Below are positions 28,127-40,640 of a DNA stretch of 64,000 bases, one piece after another. Numbering within the stretch: position 1 is the first letter of the stretch; every line of letters starts with the position of its first letter. The DNA is from Macrostomum lignano. Its lineage: Eukaryota. The DNA lies in assembly GCA_002269645.1 (NCBI GenBank), contig NIVC01002430.1, forward strand, positions 62,001-126,000. Direction: 5' to 3'. The notes beneath the pieces are model-generated. The model did not search any database. It worked only from the letters and a program-made list of their open reading frames with translations, and was not told the DNA's origin. A program made the translations under genes and the position numbers.

Positions 28127-31030
28127 CCTGATGAAGGAAGCTGTAGGTTAGAGTGAGTAGCCTGATGAAGGAAGCTGAAGGTTAGAGTGGGTAGCCTGAT
28201 GAAGGAAGCTGAAGGTTAGAGTGGGTAGCCTGATGAAGGAAGCTGAAGGTTAGAGTCGGTAGCCTGATGAAGGAAGCTGTAGGTTAGAGTGGGTAGCCTG
28301 ATGAAGGAAGCTGAAGGTTAGAGTGGGTAGCCTGATGAAGGAAGCTGAAGGTTAGAGTCGGTAGCCTGATGAAGGAAGCTGAAGGTTAGAGTGGGTAGCC
28401 TGATGAAGGAAGCTGAAGGTTAGAGTGGGTAGCCTGATGAAGGAAGCTGAAGGTTAGAGTGGGTAGCCTGATGAAGGAAGCTGAAGGTTAGAGTGGGTAG
28501 CCTGATGAAGGAAGCTGAAGGTTAAAGTCGGTACCCTGATGAAGGAAGCTGAAGGTTAGATTCGGTAGCCTGATGAAGGAAGCTGCAGGTTAGAGTTGGT
28601 AGCCTGATGAAGGAAGCTGAAGGTTAGATTCGGTAGCCTGATGAAGGAAGCTGCAGAGTCGGTAGCCTGATGAAGGAAGCTGAAGGTTAAAGTCGGTAGC
28701 CTGATGAAGGAAGCTGAAGGTTAAAGTCGGTAGCCTGATGAAGGAAGCTGAAGGTTAGAGTCGGTAGTCTGATGAAGGAAGCTGCAGGTTAGAGTCGGTA
28801 GCCTGATGAAGGAAGCTGAAGGTTAGATTCGGTAGCCTGATGAAGGAAGCTGAAGGTTAGATTCGGTAGCCTGATGAAGGAAGCTGAAGGTTAGAGTCGG
28901 TAGCCTGATGAAGGAAGCTGAAGGTTAGAGTCGGTAGCCTGATGAAGGAAGCTGAAGGTTAGAGTCGGTAGCCTGATGAAGGAAGCTGAAGGTTAGAGTG
29001 GGTAGCCTGATGAAGGAAGCTGAAGGTTAGAGTGGGTAGCCTGATGAAGGAAGCTGAAGGTTAGAGTGGGTAGCCTGATGAAGGAAGCTGAAGGTTAGAG
29101 TGGGTAGCCTGATGAAGGAAGCTGAAGGTTAGAGTGGGTAGCCTGATGAAGGAAGCTGAAGGTTAAAGTCGGTACCCTGATGAAGGAAGCTGAAGGTTAG
29201 ATTCGGTAGCCTGATGAAGGAAGCTGCAGGTTAGAGTTGGTAGCCTGATGAAGGAAGCTGAAGGTTAGAGTCGGTAACCTGATGAAGGAAGCTGAAGGTT
29301 AGAGTCGGTAGCCTGATGAAGGAAGCTGAAGGTTAGAGTGGGTAGCCTGATGAAGGAAGCTGAAGGTTAGAGTGGGTAGCCTGATGAAGGAAGCTGAAGG
29401 TTAGAGTGGGTAGCCTGATGAAGGAAGCTGAAGGTTAGAGTGGGTAGCCTGATGAAGGAAGCTGAAGGTTAGAGTGGGTAGCCTGATGAAGGAAGCTGAA
29501 GGTTAGAGTGGGTAGCCTGATGAAGGAAGCTGAAGGTTAAAGTCGGTACCCTGATGAAGGAAGCTGAAGGTTAGATTCGGTAGCCTGATGAAGGAAGCTG
29601 CAGGTTAGAGTTGGTAGCCTGATGAAGGAAGCTGAAGGTTAGAGTCGGTACCCTGATGAAGGAAGCTGAAGGTTAGATTCGGTAGCCTGATGAAGGAAGC
29701 TGCAGGTTAGAGTCGGTAGCCTGATGAAGGAAGCTGAAGGTTAGAGTCGGTAACCTGATGAAGGAAGCTGAAGGTTAGAGTCGGTAGCCTGATGAAGGAA
29801 GCTGAAGGTTAGATTCGGTAGCCTGATGAAGGAAGCTGCAGAGTCGGTAGCCTGATGAAGGAAGCTGAAGGTTAAAGTCGGTAGCCTGATGAAGGAAGCT
29901 GAAGGTTAAAGTCGGTAGCCTGATGAAGGAAGCTGAAGGTTAGAGTCGGTAGTCTGATGAAGGAAGCTGCAGGTTAGAGTCGGTAGCCTGATGAAGGAAG
30001 CTGAAGGTTAGATTCGGTAGCCTGATGAAGGAAGCTGAAGGTTAGATTCGGTAGCCTGATGAAGGAAGCTGAAGGTTAGAGTCGGTAGCCTGATGAAGGA
30101 AGCTGAAGGTTAGAGTCGGTAGCCTGATGAAGGAAGCTGAAGGTTAGAGTCGGTAGCCTGATGAAGGAAGCTGAAGGTTAGAGTGGGTAGCCTGATGAAG
30201 GAAGCTGAAGGTTAGAGTGGGTAGCCTGATGAAGGAAGCTGAAGGTTAGAGTGGGTAGCCTGATGAAGGAAGCTGAAGGTTAGAGTGGGTAGCCTGATGA
30301 AGGAAGCTGAAGGTTAGAGTGGGTAGCCTGATGAAGGAAGCTGAAGGTTAAAGTCGGTACCCTGATGAAGGAAGCTGAAGGTTAGATTCGGTAGCCTGAT
30401 GAAGGAAGCTGCAGGTTAGAGTTGGTAGCCTGATGAAGGAAGCTGAAGGTTAGAGTCGGTAACCTGATGAAGGAAGCTGAAGGTTAGAGTCGGTAGCCTG
30501 ATGAAGGAAGCTGAAGGTTAGATTCGGTAGCCTGATGAAGGAAGCTGCAGAGTCGGTAGCCTGATGAAGGAAGCTGAAGGTTAAAGTCGGTAGCCTGATG
30601 AAGGAAGCTGAAGGTTAAAGTCGGTAGCCTGATGAAGGAAGCTGCAGAGTCGGTAGCCTGATGAAGGAAGCTGAAGGTTAAAGTCGGTAGCCTGATGAAG
30701 AAAGCTGAAGGTTAAAGTCGGTAGCCTGATGAAGGAAGCTGAAGGTTAGAGTCGGTAGCCTGATGAAGGAAGCTGAAGGTTAGAGTCGGTAGCCTGATGA
30801 AGGAAGCTGAAGGTTAGATTCGGTAGCCTGATGAAGGAAGCTGAAGGTTAGATTCGGTAGCCTGATGAAGGAAGCTGAAGGTTAGAGTCGGTAGCCTGAT
30901 GAAGGAAGCTGCAGGTTAGAGTCGGTAGCCTGATGAAGGAAGCTGAAGGTTAGAGTCGGTAGCCTGATGAAGGAAGCTGAAGGTTAAAGTCGGTAGCCTG
31001 ATAAAGGAAGCTGAAGGTTAGATTCGGAAG
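28127..31030. repeat. 34-bp minisatellite CCTGATGAAGGAAGCTGAAGGTTAGAGT(G/C)GGTAG
   Basis: Direct reading; rare variants recur 1185 bp apart. Confidence 0.97.
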
Positions 31031-31127
31031 TCTTAGGAAGGTTTTAGTTGGTAGCTTGATGAAGGAAGCTGAATTATGGATTATCTTCATATCTCAACGC
31101 ACTGTTCTTGATGCGGCAGCGGCCTCG

Positions 31128-33990
31128 ATGACCTCAGTCGAACAGCAGCACCAGAGAGCCGGCGGAGTCCGCTGCTACTACGAACTGCTGGAGGTGGAGC
31201 GCCAGGCCACCGACGATGAGCTGAAGAAGGCCTACAGGCGGCTGGCGCTTCGCTGGCATCCGGACAAGAACCCGGACAGGGTGGAGGAGGCCACCGCCCA
31301 CTTCCGGCTGGTGCAGAAGGCCTACGAGACGCTGTCCGATCCGCAGGAGCGGGCCTGGTACGACAAGCACCGCGAGCGGATCTTGAAAGGCGGCCTTGGC
31401 CGCGGCGACGCCTATCAGGAGGAGCGTCTGGACGTCTTCCAGTTCTTCACCTCCGCCTGCTACGACGACTACGACGACGGCGAGGAAGGCTACTTCACTG
31501 TGTACGCCCGGGTGTTCAGCGATCTGGCCGAGGAGGAGCGGCGGGCCTGCGACGGAGACGACGAACCGCCGCCTGACTTTCCAGGTTGGTGGCTGTTGAT
31601 GGCTAACCAGGTGTCACCGTTGACCTTCCAGATCCTCAGCTGCTGGGCCAGCCTCCCAGATCCTCAGTTGCTGGGCCAGCCTCCCAGATCCTCAGCTGCT
31701 GGGCCAGCCTCCCAGATCCTCAGCTGCTGGGCCAGCCTCCCAGATCCCGAGTTGCTGGGCCAGCCTCCCAGATCCCGAGTTGCTGGCCAGCCTCCCAGAT
31801 CCTCAGTTGCTGGGCCAGCCTCCCAGATCTTTAGTTGCTGGGCCAGCCTCCCAGATCCTCAGCTGCTGGGCCAGCCTCCCAGATCCCCAGTTGCTGGGCC
31901 AGCCTCCCAGATCCTCAGTTGCTGGGCCAGCCTCCCAGATCCTCAGCTGCTGGGCCAGCCTCCCAGATCCCCAGTTGCTGGGCCAGCCTCCCAGATCCTC
32001 AGTTGCTGGGCCAGCCTCCCAGATCCTCAGTTGCTGGGCCAGCCTCCCAGATCCTCAGCTGCTGGGCCAGCCTCCCAGATCCTCAGCTGCTGGGCCAGCC
32101 TCCCAGATCCTCAGCTGCTGGGCCAGCCTCCCAGATCCTCAGCTGCTGGGCCAGCCTCCCAGATCCCCAGTTGCCGCACCCCCAAGTCCATGCAGCATGG
32201 GATTAGCTAGGATCCATAAGCACTATTATCGCATTCAACTCCCCTGTCATTCCGCACAGAGTTTGGCCGCTCCGACTCCCCATACGACACGGTGGTCAGG
32301 CCGTTCTACGCGCACTGGGAGACCTTCTTCACGCGCAAGTCCTACGTGTGGGTGGAGAAATACGACACCAGGGAGGCGCCAAACAAGTACGCCAGGAAGG
32401 CCATGGAGAAGGAGAATCGCGCAGCCAGAGACGCCGCCCGTCGAGAGCGCAACGAAGAGATTCGAACTCTGGTTGCTTTCGTTAAAAAGCGCGATCCTCG
32501 GGTGCGCGCCGAACGGCGCCGATTAGAGGCGCGCGCGCGCGAAGTCGAAGCCAAAGCGAAAGCGATGGCCTCGGCGGCTAGGAAGGCCCACCTGGAGACC
32601 GCCAGCCGGTACAGGGCGCCCGACTGGGCCAGGACTGACGACCTCGAGGCCGAGCTGGCCAAGATCGAAGCCGAGCACGGGGCCGGCGCCTCCGATCTAG
32701 ACGATGACGGAGACTGGGAGGATCAGGAAGATGGCGGCGAAGAAGGCGCTGGGGTGATCAATGGAGCTGTAGGTGCTGCCGAGTGTGATGAAGCTGAGGA
32801 AGCGGATGAGGATGATGCTGAGGATGCGCTGGTGTGCGTTGTTTGCGAGAAGGTGAGCTCAAAGTCTGAAGTTTTCCTTATGGCTAATGACTTTCTCGAT
32901 CAGCTCTGACTCTTTCTCGATCAGCTCTGGCTCTTTTTCGATCAGCTCTGACTCTTTCTCAATCAGCTCTGACTCTTTCTTGATCAGCTCTGACTCTTTC
33001 TTGATCAGCTCTGACTCTTTTTCGATCAGCTCTGACTCTTTCTTGATCAGCTCTGACTCTTTCTCAATCAGCTCTGACTCTTTCTCAATCAGCTCTGACT
33101 CTTTCTCGATCAGCTCTGACTCTTTCTTGATAAGCTCTGACTCTTTCTCGATCAGCTCTGACTCTTTCTTGATCAGCTCTGACTCTTTCTCGATCAGCTC
33201 TGACTCTTTCTCGATCAGCTCTGACTCTTTCTTGATCAGCTCTGACTCTTCCTCGATTGTTTCTGACTCTATCAATCGACTCTGTCTGACCCTGACAGTC
33301 CCACTTTCTCTGACTCTCTGATGACGCAACGCCGCCCTCTGCATCGCTGCATCCAGCCACCCCTCCTCACCATCGCAGGCATTCCGCACCCCAGGCGCCA
33401 AGCAGAGCCACGATCGATCCAAGCGGCACAGAGAGCGACTCGAGCTGCTCAAACTTGAGTTAGCAAAGCACGATGCCCAGCCAGTAGAAAAAGATCCAGC
33501 AGCAGCAGACAATGACTCTTTAGACAATGATGAAGACGTACAGCTGGAAGCGGAAGTCCAGCAGGTCTCTGGCGGCAAGAAAAAGAAGAGCAAAAGAAAG
33601 CAACAGCAGCGCCAGCAGCTACAGGCTCAGCTAGGAGAAAATGAGGAACCATCAGATAATCCAAATGCAAATTCTGCGGCAGCAAAACCAGCGGAAGATG
33701 CTGCGGAAGCTTCCGATGATGAAGCGGCGGCAGCAGCAACGCCGGAAACTTCAAAGAAGCCGCGCCGACGGAAGGATCGCCAACGGCAGAAGCAGCAGGA
33801 GCTGCTTGAACAGAAACGTCAGGAACAGTTGGAAGAGGAGGCTGACGGGACCACCCAAGTGTGCAAAACCTGCAGGCAGTGGTTCGATTCTAAGAATCAG
33901 CTGTTCAAGCATTTGAAGGAGAGCGGCCACGCCGCTATCAAGCCTGGGGCGGCGGCCGGACGGACTGACAAGAAATCGAAGCGAAAGTAG
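31128..33990 (+). CDS. DNAJC21: DnaJ homolog subfamily C member 21 (Jjj1-like); exons 31128-31584, 32260-32852, 33379-33990 (553 aa)
   Basis: J-domain (WHPDK, ERAWYDKHRE), PEFG..YDTVVRPFYAHW, LVAFVKKRDPRV, and two C2H2 fingers (CVVCEK|AF..H..SKRH and CKTC..F.SKNQLFKHL..SGH). Splice phases 1 and 0 are consistent. Confidence 0.94.
31628..32170. repeat. Intronic 28-bp minisatellite CTCAG(C/T)TGCTGGGCCAGCCTCCCAGATC
   Basis: Direct reading; DNAJC21 intron 1. Confidence 0.93.
32885..33255. repeat. Intronic 21-bp minisatellite TCTGACTCTTTCT(C/T)GATCAGC
   Basis: Direct reading; DNAJC21 intron 2. Confidence 0.93.
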
Positions 33991-34159
33991 CGGTTTAAAA
34001 TTTTGGTCAGCGCAGAGAGTTAATTAAATATAAATATGAGTATATCTCTTTCAAAACTATTGTCGCTATATTTTATTGCGTCTGATTTTAATCAGGAAAT
34101 TGATTGCTTTTTGACCAGTTTCGTTTTTTTATTTCTAGTCTTGTGGCCCTAGACCTTAG

Positions 34160-35255
34160 TGACAATAGACAAGACTGTCACACAGCACGGTCACCTTGGT
34201 GACCATAGACAAGACTGTCACACAGCACGGTCACTTTGGTGACCATAGACAAGACTGTCACACAGCACGGTCACTTTGGTGACCATAGACAAGACTGTCA
34301 CACAGCACGTTCACCTTGGTGACCATAGACAGGACTGTCACACAGCACGTTCACCTTGGTGACCATAGACAAGACTGTCACACAGCACGTTCACCTTGGT
34401 GACCATAGACAGGACTGTCACACAGCACGGTCACCTTGGTGACCATAGACAAGACTGTCACACAGCACGGTCACCTTGGTAACCATAGACAAGACTGTCA
34501 CACAGCACGGTCACCTTGGTGACCATAGACAAGACTGTCACTCAGCACGGTCACCTTGGTGACCATAGACAAGACTGTCACACAGCACGGTCACCTTGGT
34601 AACCAAAGACAAGACTGTCACACAGCACGTTCACCTTGGTGACCATAGACAAGACTGTCACACAGCACGTTCACCTTGGTGACCCTAGACAAGACTGTCA
34701 CACAGCACGGTCACCTTGGTGACCATAGACAAGACTGTCACACAGCACGGTCACCTTGGTGACCATAGACAAGACTGTCACACAGCACGGTCACCTTGGT
34801 AACCATAGACAAGACTGTCACACAGCACGGTCACCTTGGTGACCATAGACAAGACTGTCACTCAGCACGGTCACCTTGGTGACCATAGACAAGACTGTCA
34901 CACAGCACGGTCACCTTGGTAACCAAAGACAAGACTGTCACACAGCACGTTCACCTTGGTGACCATAGACAAGACTGTCACACAGCACGTTCACCTTGGT
35001 GACCCTAGACAAGACTGTCACACAGCACGGTCACCTTGGTGACCATAGACAAGACTGTCACACAGCACGGTCACCTTGGTGACCATAGACAAGACTGTCA
35101 CACAGCACGGTCACCTTGGTGACCATAGACAAGACTGTCACACAGCACGTTCACTTTGGTGACCCTAGACAAGACTGTCACACAGCACGGTCACCTTGGT
35201 GACCATAGACAAGACTGTCACACAGCACGGTCACCTTGGTGACCCTAGACAAGTC
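34160..35255. repeat. 40-bp minisatellite GACCATAGACAAGACTGTCACACAGCACGGTCACCTTGGT
   Basis: Direct reading; head-to-tail units with no spacers. Confidence 0.96.
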
Positions 35256-36019
35256 TGTTACGCAATATGATCACCTGCACTGGTCACAGTGACAATCCCA
35301 CGATCACAACTTTTTTGGAAGGCTACCGAATATTGCTACTTGCAGTAGAGTAGTTTGGATTTAAAGATCAAAGTGATTAGCTTCGCACTGCCGGTCTGGA
35401 CATACGTAGTTTTGCGTTGTTGGCATTCAAGGCCGGATGCTCTAAACGGGCAGCAGTTTTTAAGCCTCACGGGGTCGCGCCAACACGCCTGACTCTGCTG
35501 AAATATGCTGCTTTGATTTCTCTGCGAGCGAGCCAAACATTTTTTAGATCGTTCGTTTGCGCCGTTCGTCGAAAATTGGCCAATTATACTGGCGCTATAA
35601 AATATAGATTTTTATAATAAAAATAACGGCCGGCATTAGCGGCTCACGAAACAGCTCTAGTCTTTTGCGTGCGAAAATATCATTTTTGTTGGATGATTTA
35701 CTCTAGGCTAAGTGCAGTTGCACAAACAGAAGGTTGAGGATTTGGCCCCGTTGGCTGGTGGGTATCTGCAGCTGCCAGATTATGAGTAACTGTAGCTGCT
35801 TTTAGACCAGAATTCCAAGCTTTTGAATTGCTTGTGTAGTTTTTTTAGTTGTACATAATAAATGTTCTGGATGGGCATAATTAATTAATTAATTAAGGCA
35901 AATTGATTGGTTATATTTCAGGAATTTTTCTTGGCCTTAGCTTGCCTATTAAGAATCCCTTTTAGCGTAATTCATCAAATCCATCCAATCACGTTGCAGA
36001 GATCTCCGATCTATAACTT

Positions 36020-36848
36020 TGGCGCCAAACGAATCTCTAAGCATGACGCCAAACAGATTCTAATTGCAGCACCAAACAGATCTCTAATCATGACGCCAAA
36101 CAGATTCTAATTGCAGCACCAAACAGATCTCTAAGTGGTGCCAACCAGCTCTAAGCATAGCGCCAAAAAAATTTCTAATTGCAGCACCAAACAGATCTCT
36201 AAGCCTGGCGCCAAACAGATCTCTAAACATGGCGCCAAACAGATCTCTAAGCATGGGGCCAAGCAGATCTCTAAGCATGGCGCCAAAAAGATTTCTAATT
36301 GCAGCACCAAACAGATCTCTAAGCCTGGCGCCAAACAGATCTCTAAACATGGCGCCAAACAGATCTCTAAGCATGGGGCCAAGCAGATCTCTAAGCATGG
36401 CGCCAAAAAGATTTCTAATTGCAGCACCAAACAGATCTCTAAGTGGTGCCAACCAGCTCTAAGCATAGCGCCAAAAAAATTTCTAATTGCAGCACCAAAC
36501 AGATCTCTAAGCCTGGCGCCAAACAGATCTCTAAACATGGCGCCAAACAGATCTCTAAGCATGGGGCCAAGCAGATCTCTAAGCATGGCGCCAAAAAGAT
36601 TTCTAATTGCAGCACCAAACAGATCTCTAAGCCTGGCGCCAAACAGATCTCTAAACATGGCGCCAAACAGATCTCTAAGCATGGCGCCAAAAAGATTTCT
36701 AATTGCAGCACCAAACAGATCTCTAAACATGGCGCCAAAGCCAAACAGATCTCTAAGCATGGCGCTAAACAGATCTCTAAGCATGGCGCTAAACAGATCT
36801 CTAAGCATGGGGCCAAGCAGATCTCTAAACATGGGGCCAAGCAGATCA
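36020..36848. repeat. 24-bp minisatellite GGCGCCAAACAGATCTCTAAGCAT
   Basis: Direct reading. Confidence 0.93.
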
Positions 36849-37711
36849 AGTAACGAATGCAAAGCACTAAATAATGCAGTAAACATCTTATACTGCTATA
36901 ATAATTCCCAATTGTTCAGCACTAACTGCCACTTCCAAAGCCGGGAAGAAATTAATAATCAAATCGCTTCTCTACCACACAACAAACTGAAAGTCCCGCT
37001 ATCCCAGTTTCATTAGGTAGAATCTCTACTGAAAACGAGCAGTTTCACTTGATTGTCTCCGCTTCCTGCACGTGACGACGACAAAAGAATTTCTACAGAT
37101 ATTTAGTAGGGCTCTTGCGAACAAAGCTGACAGATTAAAAAGGAGATCCCACGGTTCTAAAGCAGAAAGCAGGAAGAAATGTGCCTGCATGTCTGCACCT
37201 GGGCTTGCTGTAAAATAAGATTGTGGCTATAGCGATATAATAATGGCAGGGGGTGAGCATATTAGACATTATTGAGCTGTGTAGAGCTCAGCTTCATCTA
37301 GCTATCTTCTCCTGGCTTCCGTGCGCACCACATCTATCCCTTGTCCTCCCTGTGCCTGCAGCCAACCAGCATTGAGGCGGCTCTCTACATCGCTGGTCAC
37401 CAATGAAGATCAGAGAGAAGTGTTATTGAATCCTATATCCCTCCCCTGCCTCTCATTCATGAACTTGATAGAAGCAGCCTTTGCTTTTGCGATTTCTGTT
37501 CGCAACTGCACCAAGAAAAGCCAGAGTTGTTAAAGACTGCCAACAATGAGATTACAGAACAGAAACTTGTACTTCTGCTGAGCATACATGTAAAGAAGGT
37601 AAGATTCTCCCACGCGTCACTGATAACTTTTTCAAGATTAATTCTCTGAGTTTAACAAGCTCAGAGTGACTGTCAGGGCAGACAATTTACTAAGAGGTGC
37701 AAGGAGAGTAA

Positions 37712-38880
37712 TTCTCATGGGGTAGGAGGGCGATTCTCATGGGGTAGGAGGGCGATTCTCATGGGTAAGAGGGCGATTCTCATGGGATAGGAAAGCGATT
37801 CTCATGGAATAGGAGAGCGATTCTCATGGGGTAGGAGGGCAATTCTCATGGAATAGGAGGGCGACTCTCATGGGGTAAGAGGGCGATTCTCATGGGATAG
37901 GAGTGCGATTCTCATGGAATAGGAGGGCGATTCTCATGGGCTAGGAGGGCGATTCTCATGGGGTAAGAGAGCGATTCTCATGGGATAGGAGGGAGATTCT
38001 CATGGGATAGGAGAGCGATTCTCATGGAATAGGAGGGCGATTCTCATGGAGTAGGAGGGCGACTCTCATGGTGAAATTAAACTTCATTATTGCTGAGCTA
38101 ATAGAAGAAAAGATTTTATTCGCGTATTTTTATAACTTGTTAAAGGTTAATGTAATTATTTTTACGACTAATTCTTGGGGTTTATTAAGTTCAGAGGGAC
38201 TGCCATGGTAAACAATTAACTATTCCGTCATTATCAATCATTTTCGGTGGGGGGCTGTTGGCTGATGAGAAAGCGGGTAGGACTGAGCTGCTATAGCCAT
38301 GAGCCATCATAATTAGGGACTGGCCTCTGCACATGGCCTGGCTATGCTATCTGCAACATTTCTGTGATACTAAATTGGCTTTGGCTGCTGCAAGACCGGC
38401 AAAAAATGAACACTCAAAACATGCAGTCCTCATTGGATTCCGGGTTGGGGGGTATTCTCATGGGGTAGGAGGGCGATTCTCATGGAATAGGAGAGCGATT
38501 CTCATGGGGTAGGAGGGCGATTCTCATGGGGTAGGAGGGCGATTCTCATGGGGTAGGAGGGCGATTCTCATGGGGTAGGAGGGCGATTCTCATGGGTAAG
38601 AGGGCGATTCTCATGGGATAGGAGGGAGATTCTCATGGGATAGGAGGGCGATTCTCATGGAATAGGAGGGCGATTCTCATGGGGTAAGAGAGCGATTCTC
38701 ATGGAGTAGGAGGGCGATTCTCATGGGGTAGGAGGGCGATTCTCATGGGATAGGAGGGAGATTCTCATGGGATAGGAGGGCGATTCTCATGGGTAGGAGG
38801 GCGATTCTCATGGGTAGGAGGGCGATTCTCATAGAGTAGGAGGGCGATTCTCATAGAGTAGGAGGGCGATTCTCATGGGA
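37712..38880. repeat. Two blocks (about 37712-38070 and 38455-38880) of 22-bp minisatellite GATTCTCATGGGGTAGGAGGGC
   Basis: Direct reading; unique sequence lies between the blocks. Confidence 0.9.
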
Positions 38881-39208
38881 ACATGGTCCCACAACCAGCG
38901 CCAATGCTGCTGACTTTCCAATCGTCAGGCATGTACAGTCTGTGTGTCTTGGGATTGACCCTCATGGGTCAATAAAATGAATCGAACTTGTGGCGCAAGA
39001 GACAGAAGCCTGACCGCTGAGCTCTCTGTACAGGGCGGTTCTTATAGACGAGGCATTTCTAGGAAAGCATCAATTCTCACTCGGGGGATCCGGCTGAACC
39101 TAAGAGCACTCTCCAAGCTACACGCACTGTGTTGATCGGGCCTGAGCAAGTGATCGAATCCGCCCCTCTGGCCCATCGCAGGCTCTCCCGGTGCTCATCT
39201 CCGAAGCC

Positions 39209-40260
39209 ATGCGAGCTCAGCTGGCGAGTTGCCTCATAATCCCCCTGCTGCTCTTGCTCACCGCGGCGACATCCAACATCGATCCCGACGACTGCGGCTC
39301 CTGCGAAGCGGTGCCGTCCTCCGCGTCGTCATCAGCCGCCTGCAGATGCGACGCGGACTGTCAGCAGCTCGGCGACTGCTGCTCGGACGCGGCGGCCCCA
39401 TCGGAGTTCGTTGATCAGCAACAACTGTCGGTCTCCTGCCAGCCGCTGTCGCTCTGGTTCAACGCCTCTTCCGGAGAAGGCCTTGACAATGTCGGCTTGG
39501 CTGCTGTAGACTCCTGCCCGCCTGGCAGTCAGCATCCAGTCGATGACCTGTGCCGCCACGGCCCCGCTCTGCCCGTGCTGTCTGTCGGCGATGCCGGCAG
39601 ACCCTTCCGCAACCCCGCCTGCGCTGTCTGTCACAGGCGCCGATTCGAGCTGCCAACCTCCGATGCGTCACCTCTGCAGCTGCGGCCCTGCTGGCTGAAG
39701 ATGACCGCCGACTGCCCCAACCAGTGGTGGAATTCCACCGCAATGTCCTCAGCGGCTTCGTCGAATGTTGATCCTCGACTCTGGCGAGCTCGCCGACTGG
39801 TGAGAGACGCCTGCATCGGCGGGCCGTTCAGCGCACACCGCGGCGGCCTGGACCTTCTGGGCGGGCCGGTGTACCGAAACAAGCACTGCGCCCTCTGCCA
39901 CCAGGTGCTCCTGCCGGTCTGCCAGCCCGGCCTCTCCGCTGTCAAATTTGCCGCCAGATTTCTGCGGGGCAAACCGCTGGGACCAGTTTCCAAGACACTA
40001 GACGAAGCTCGACTGGCGCTGACCAGGCGCCTGTGCGCTCCCGACGGCGCCTACCCGGACAATTTCGGCCCATTGGCGGCTCTGGTGTTCGACTTTGACA
40101 GCCTGGAGTGCCGGCCCGGACTCCAGTGGGCCGCCAGCGGCGGGAACTGCAGCCGGCTGGTGCTGACAGACTGGACTGCCGAACCGGCGCCTGATGGCAG
40201 CGGCAACGACAGCGCAGCTCTGGCTGATGACAGCGCCGTCCTGGTCATTGATGGGAGGCG
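39209..40260 (+). CDS. SMB-domain class-B/adhesion-like GPCR, exon 1 (signal peptide, somatomedin B-like domain, Cys-rich ectodomain)
   Basis: Hydrophobic leader, CRCDADCQQLGDCCSD, and repeated (F/Y)RN..CA.CH motifs. Phase-2 donor CG|GTGAGT at 40261; acceptor upstream at 39181. Confidence 0.75.
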
Positions 40261-40299
40261 GTGAGTGTCGGTGACGAGTCACATCAAATCAGTGTGCTG

Positions 40300-40640
40300 G
40301 GCCCCCTGGTGCTGGCGTCCCTGGTGCTGGCGCCCCTGGTGCTGGCGCCCTTGGTGCTGGCGCCCCTGGTGCTGGCGCCCCTGGTGCTGGCGCCCCTGGT
40401 GCTAAAGCCCCTGGTGCTAAAGCCCCTGGTGCTAAAGCTCATTACAAATGAAATGGCACCCATTGCAAATGAAATGGCACCCATTACAAATGAAATGGCA
40501 CCCATTACAAATGAAATGGCACCCATTGCAAATGAAATGGCACCCATTACAAATGAAATGGCACCCATTGCAAATAAAATGGCACCCATTGCAAATAAAA
40601 GGGCACCCATTGCAAATAAAATGGCACCCATTACAAGTGA
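40300..40640. repeat. Adjacent 15-bp (CCCTGGTGCTGGCGC) and 21-bp (CCCATTGCAAATGAAATGGCA) arrays
   Basis: Direct reading. Confidence 0.9.

Noticed and set aside
28127-31030. CTGATGA in every 34-bp unit suggested a satellite hammerhead ribozyme or a C/D-box motif
   Set aside because: The second core reads GAAG, not GAAA, stems I and III cannot form, and the C-like and D-like boxes are only 6 nt apart with no terminal stem.
34160-35255. CRISPR-like array (also considered for the 34-bp and 36-bp arrays)
   Set aside because: Units are contiguous with no unique spacers, there are no cas genes, and the context is eukaryotic.
37300-38450. Coding-like fragments between arrays (e.g. SVIESYIPPLPLIHELD..K|GTAAG)
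   Set aside because: Interrupted by stops with no recognisable homology or consistent splice model; may be decayed TE or pseudogene sequence.
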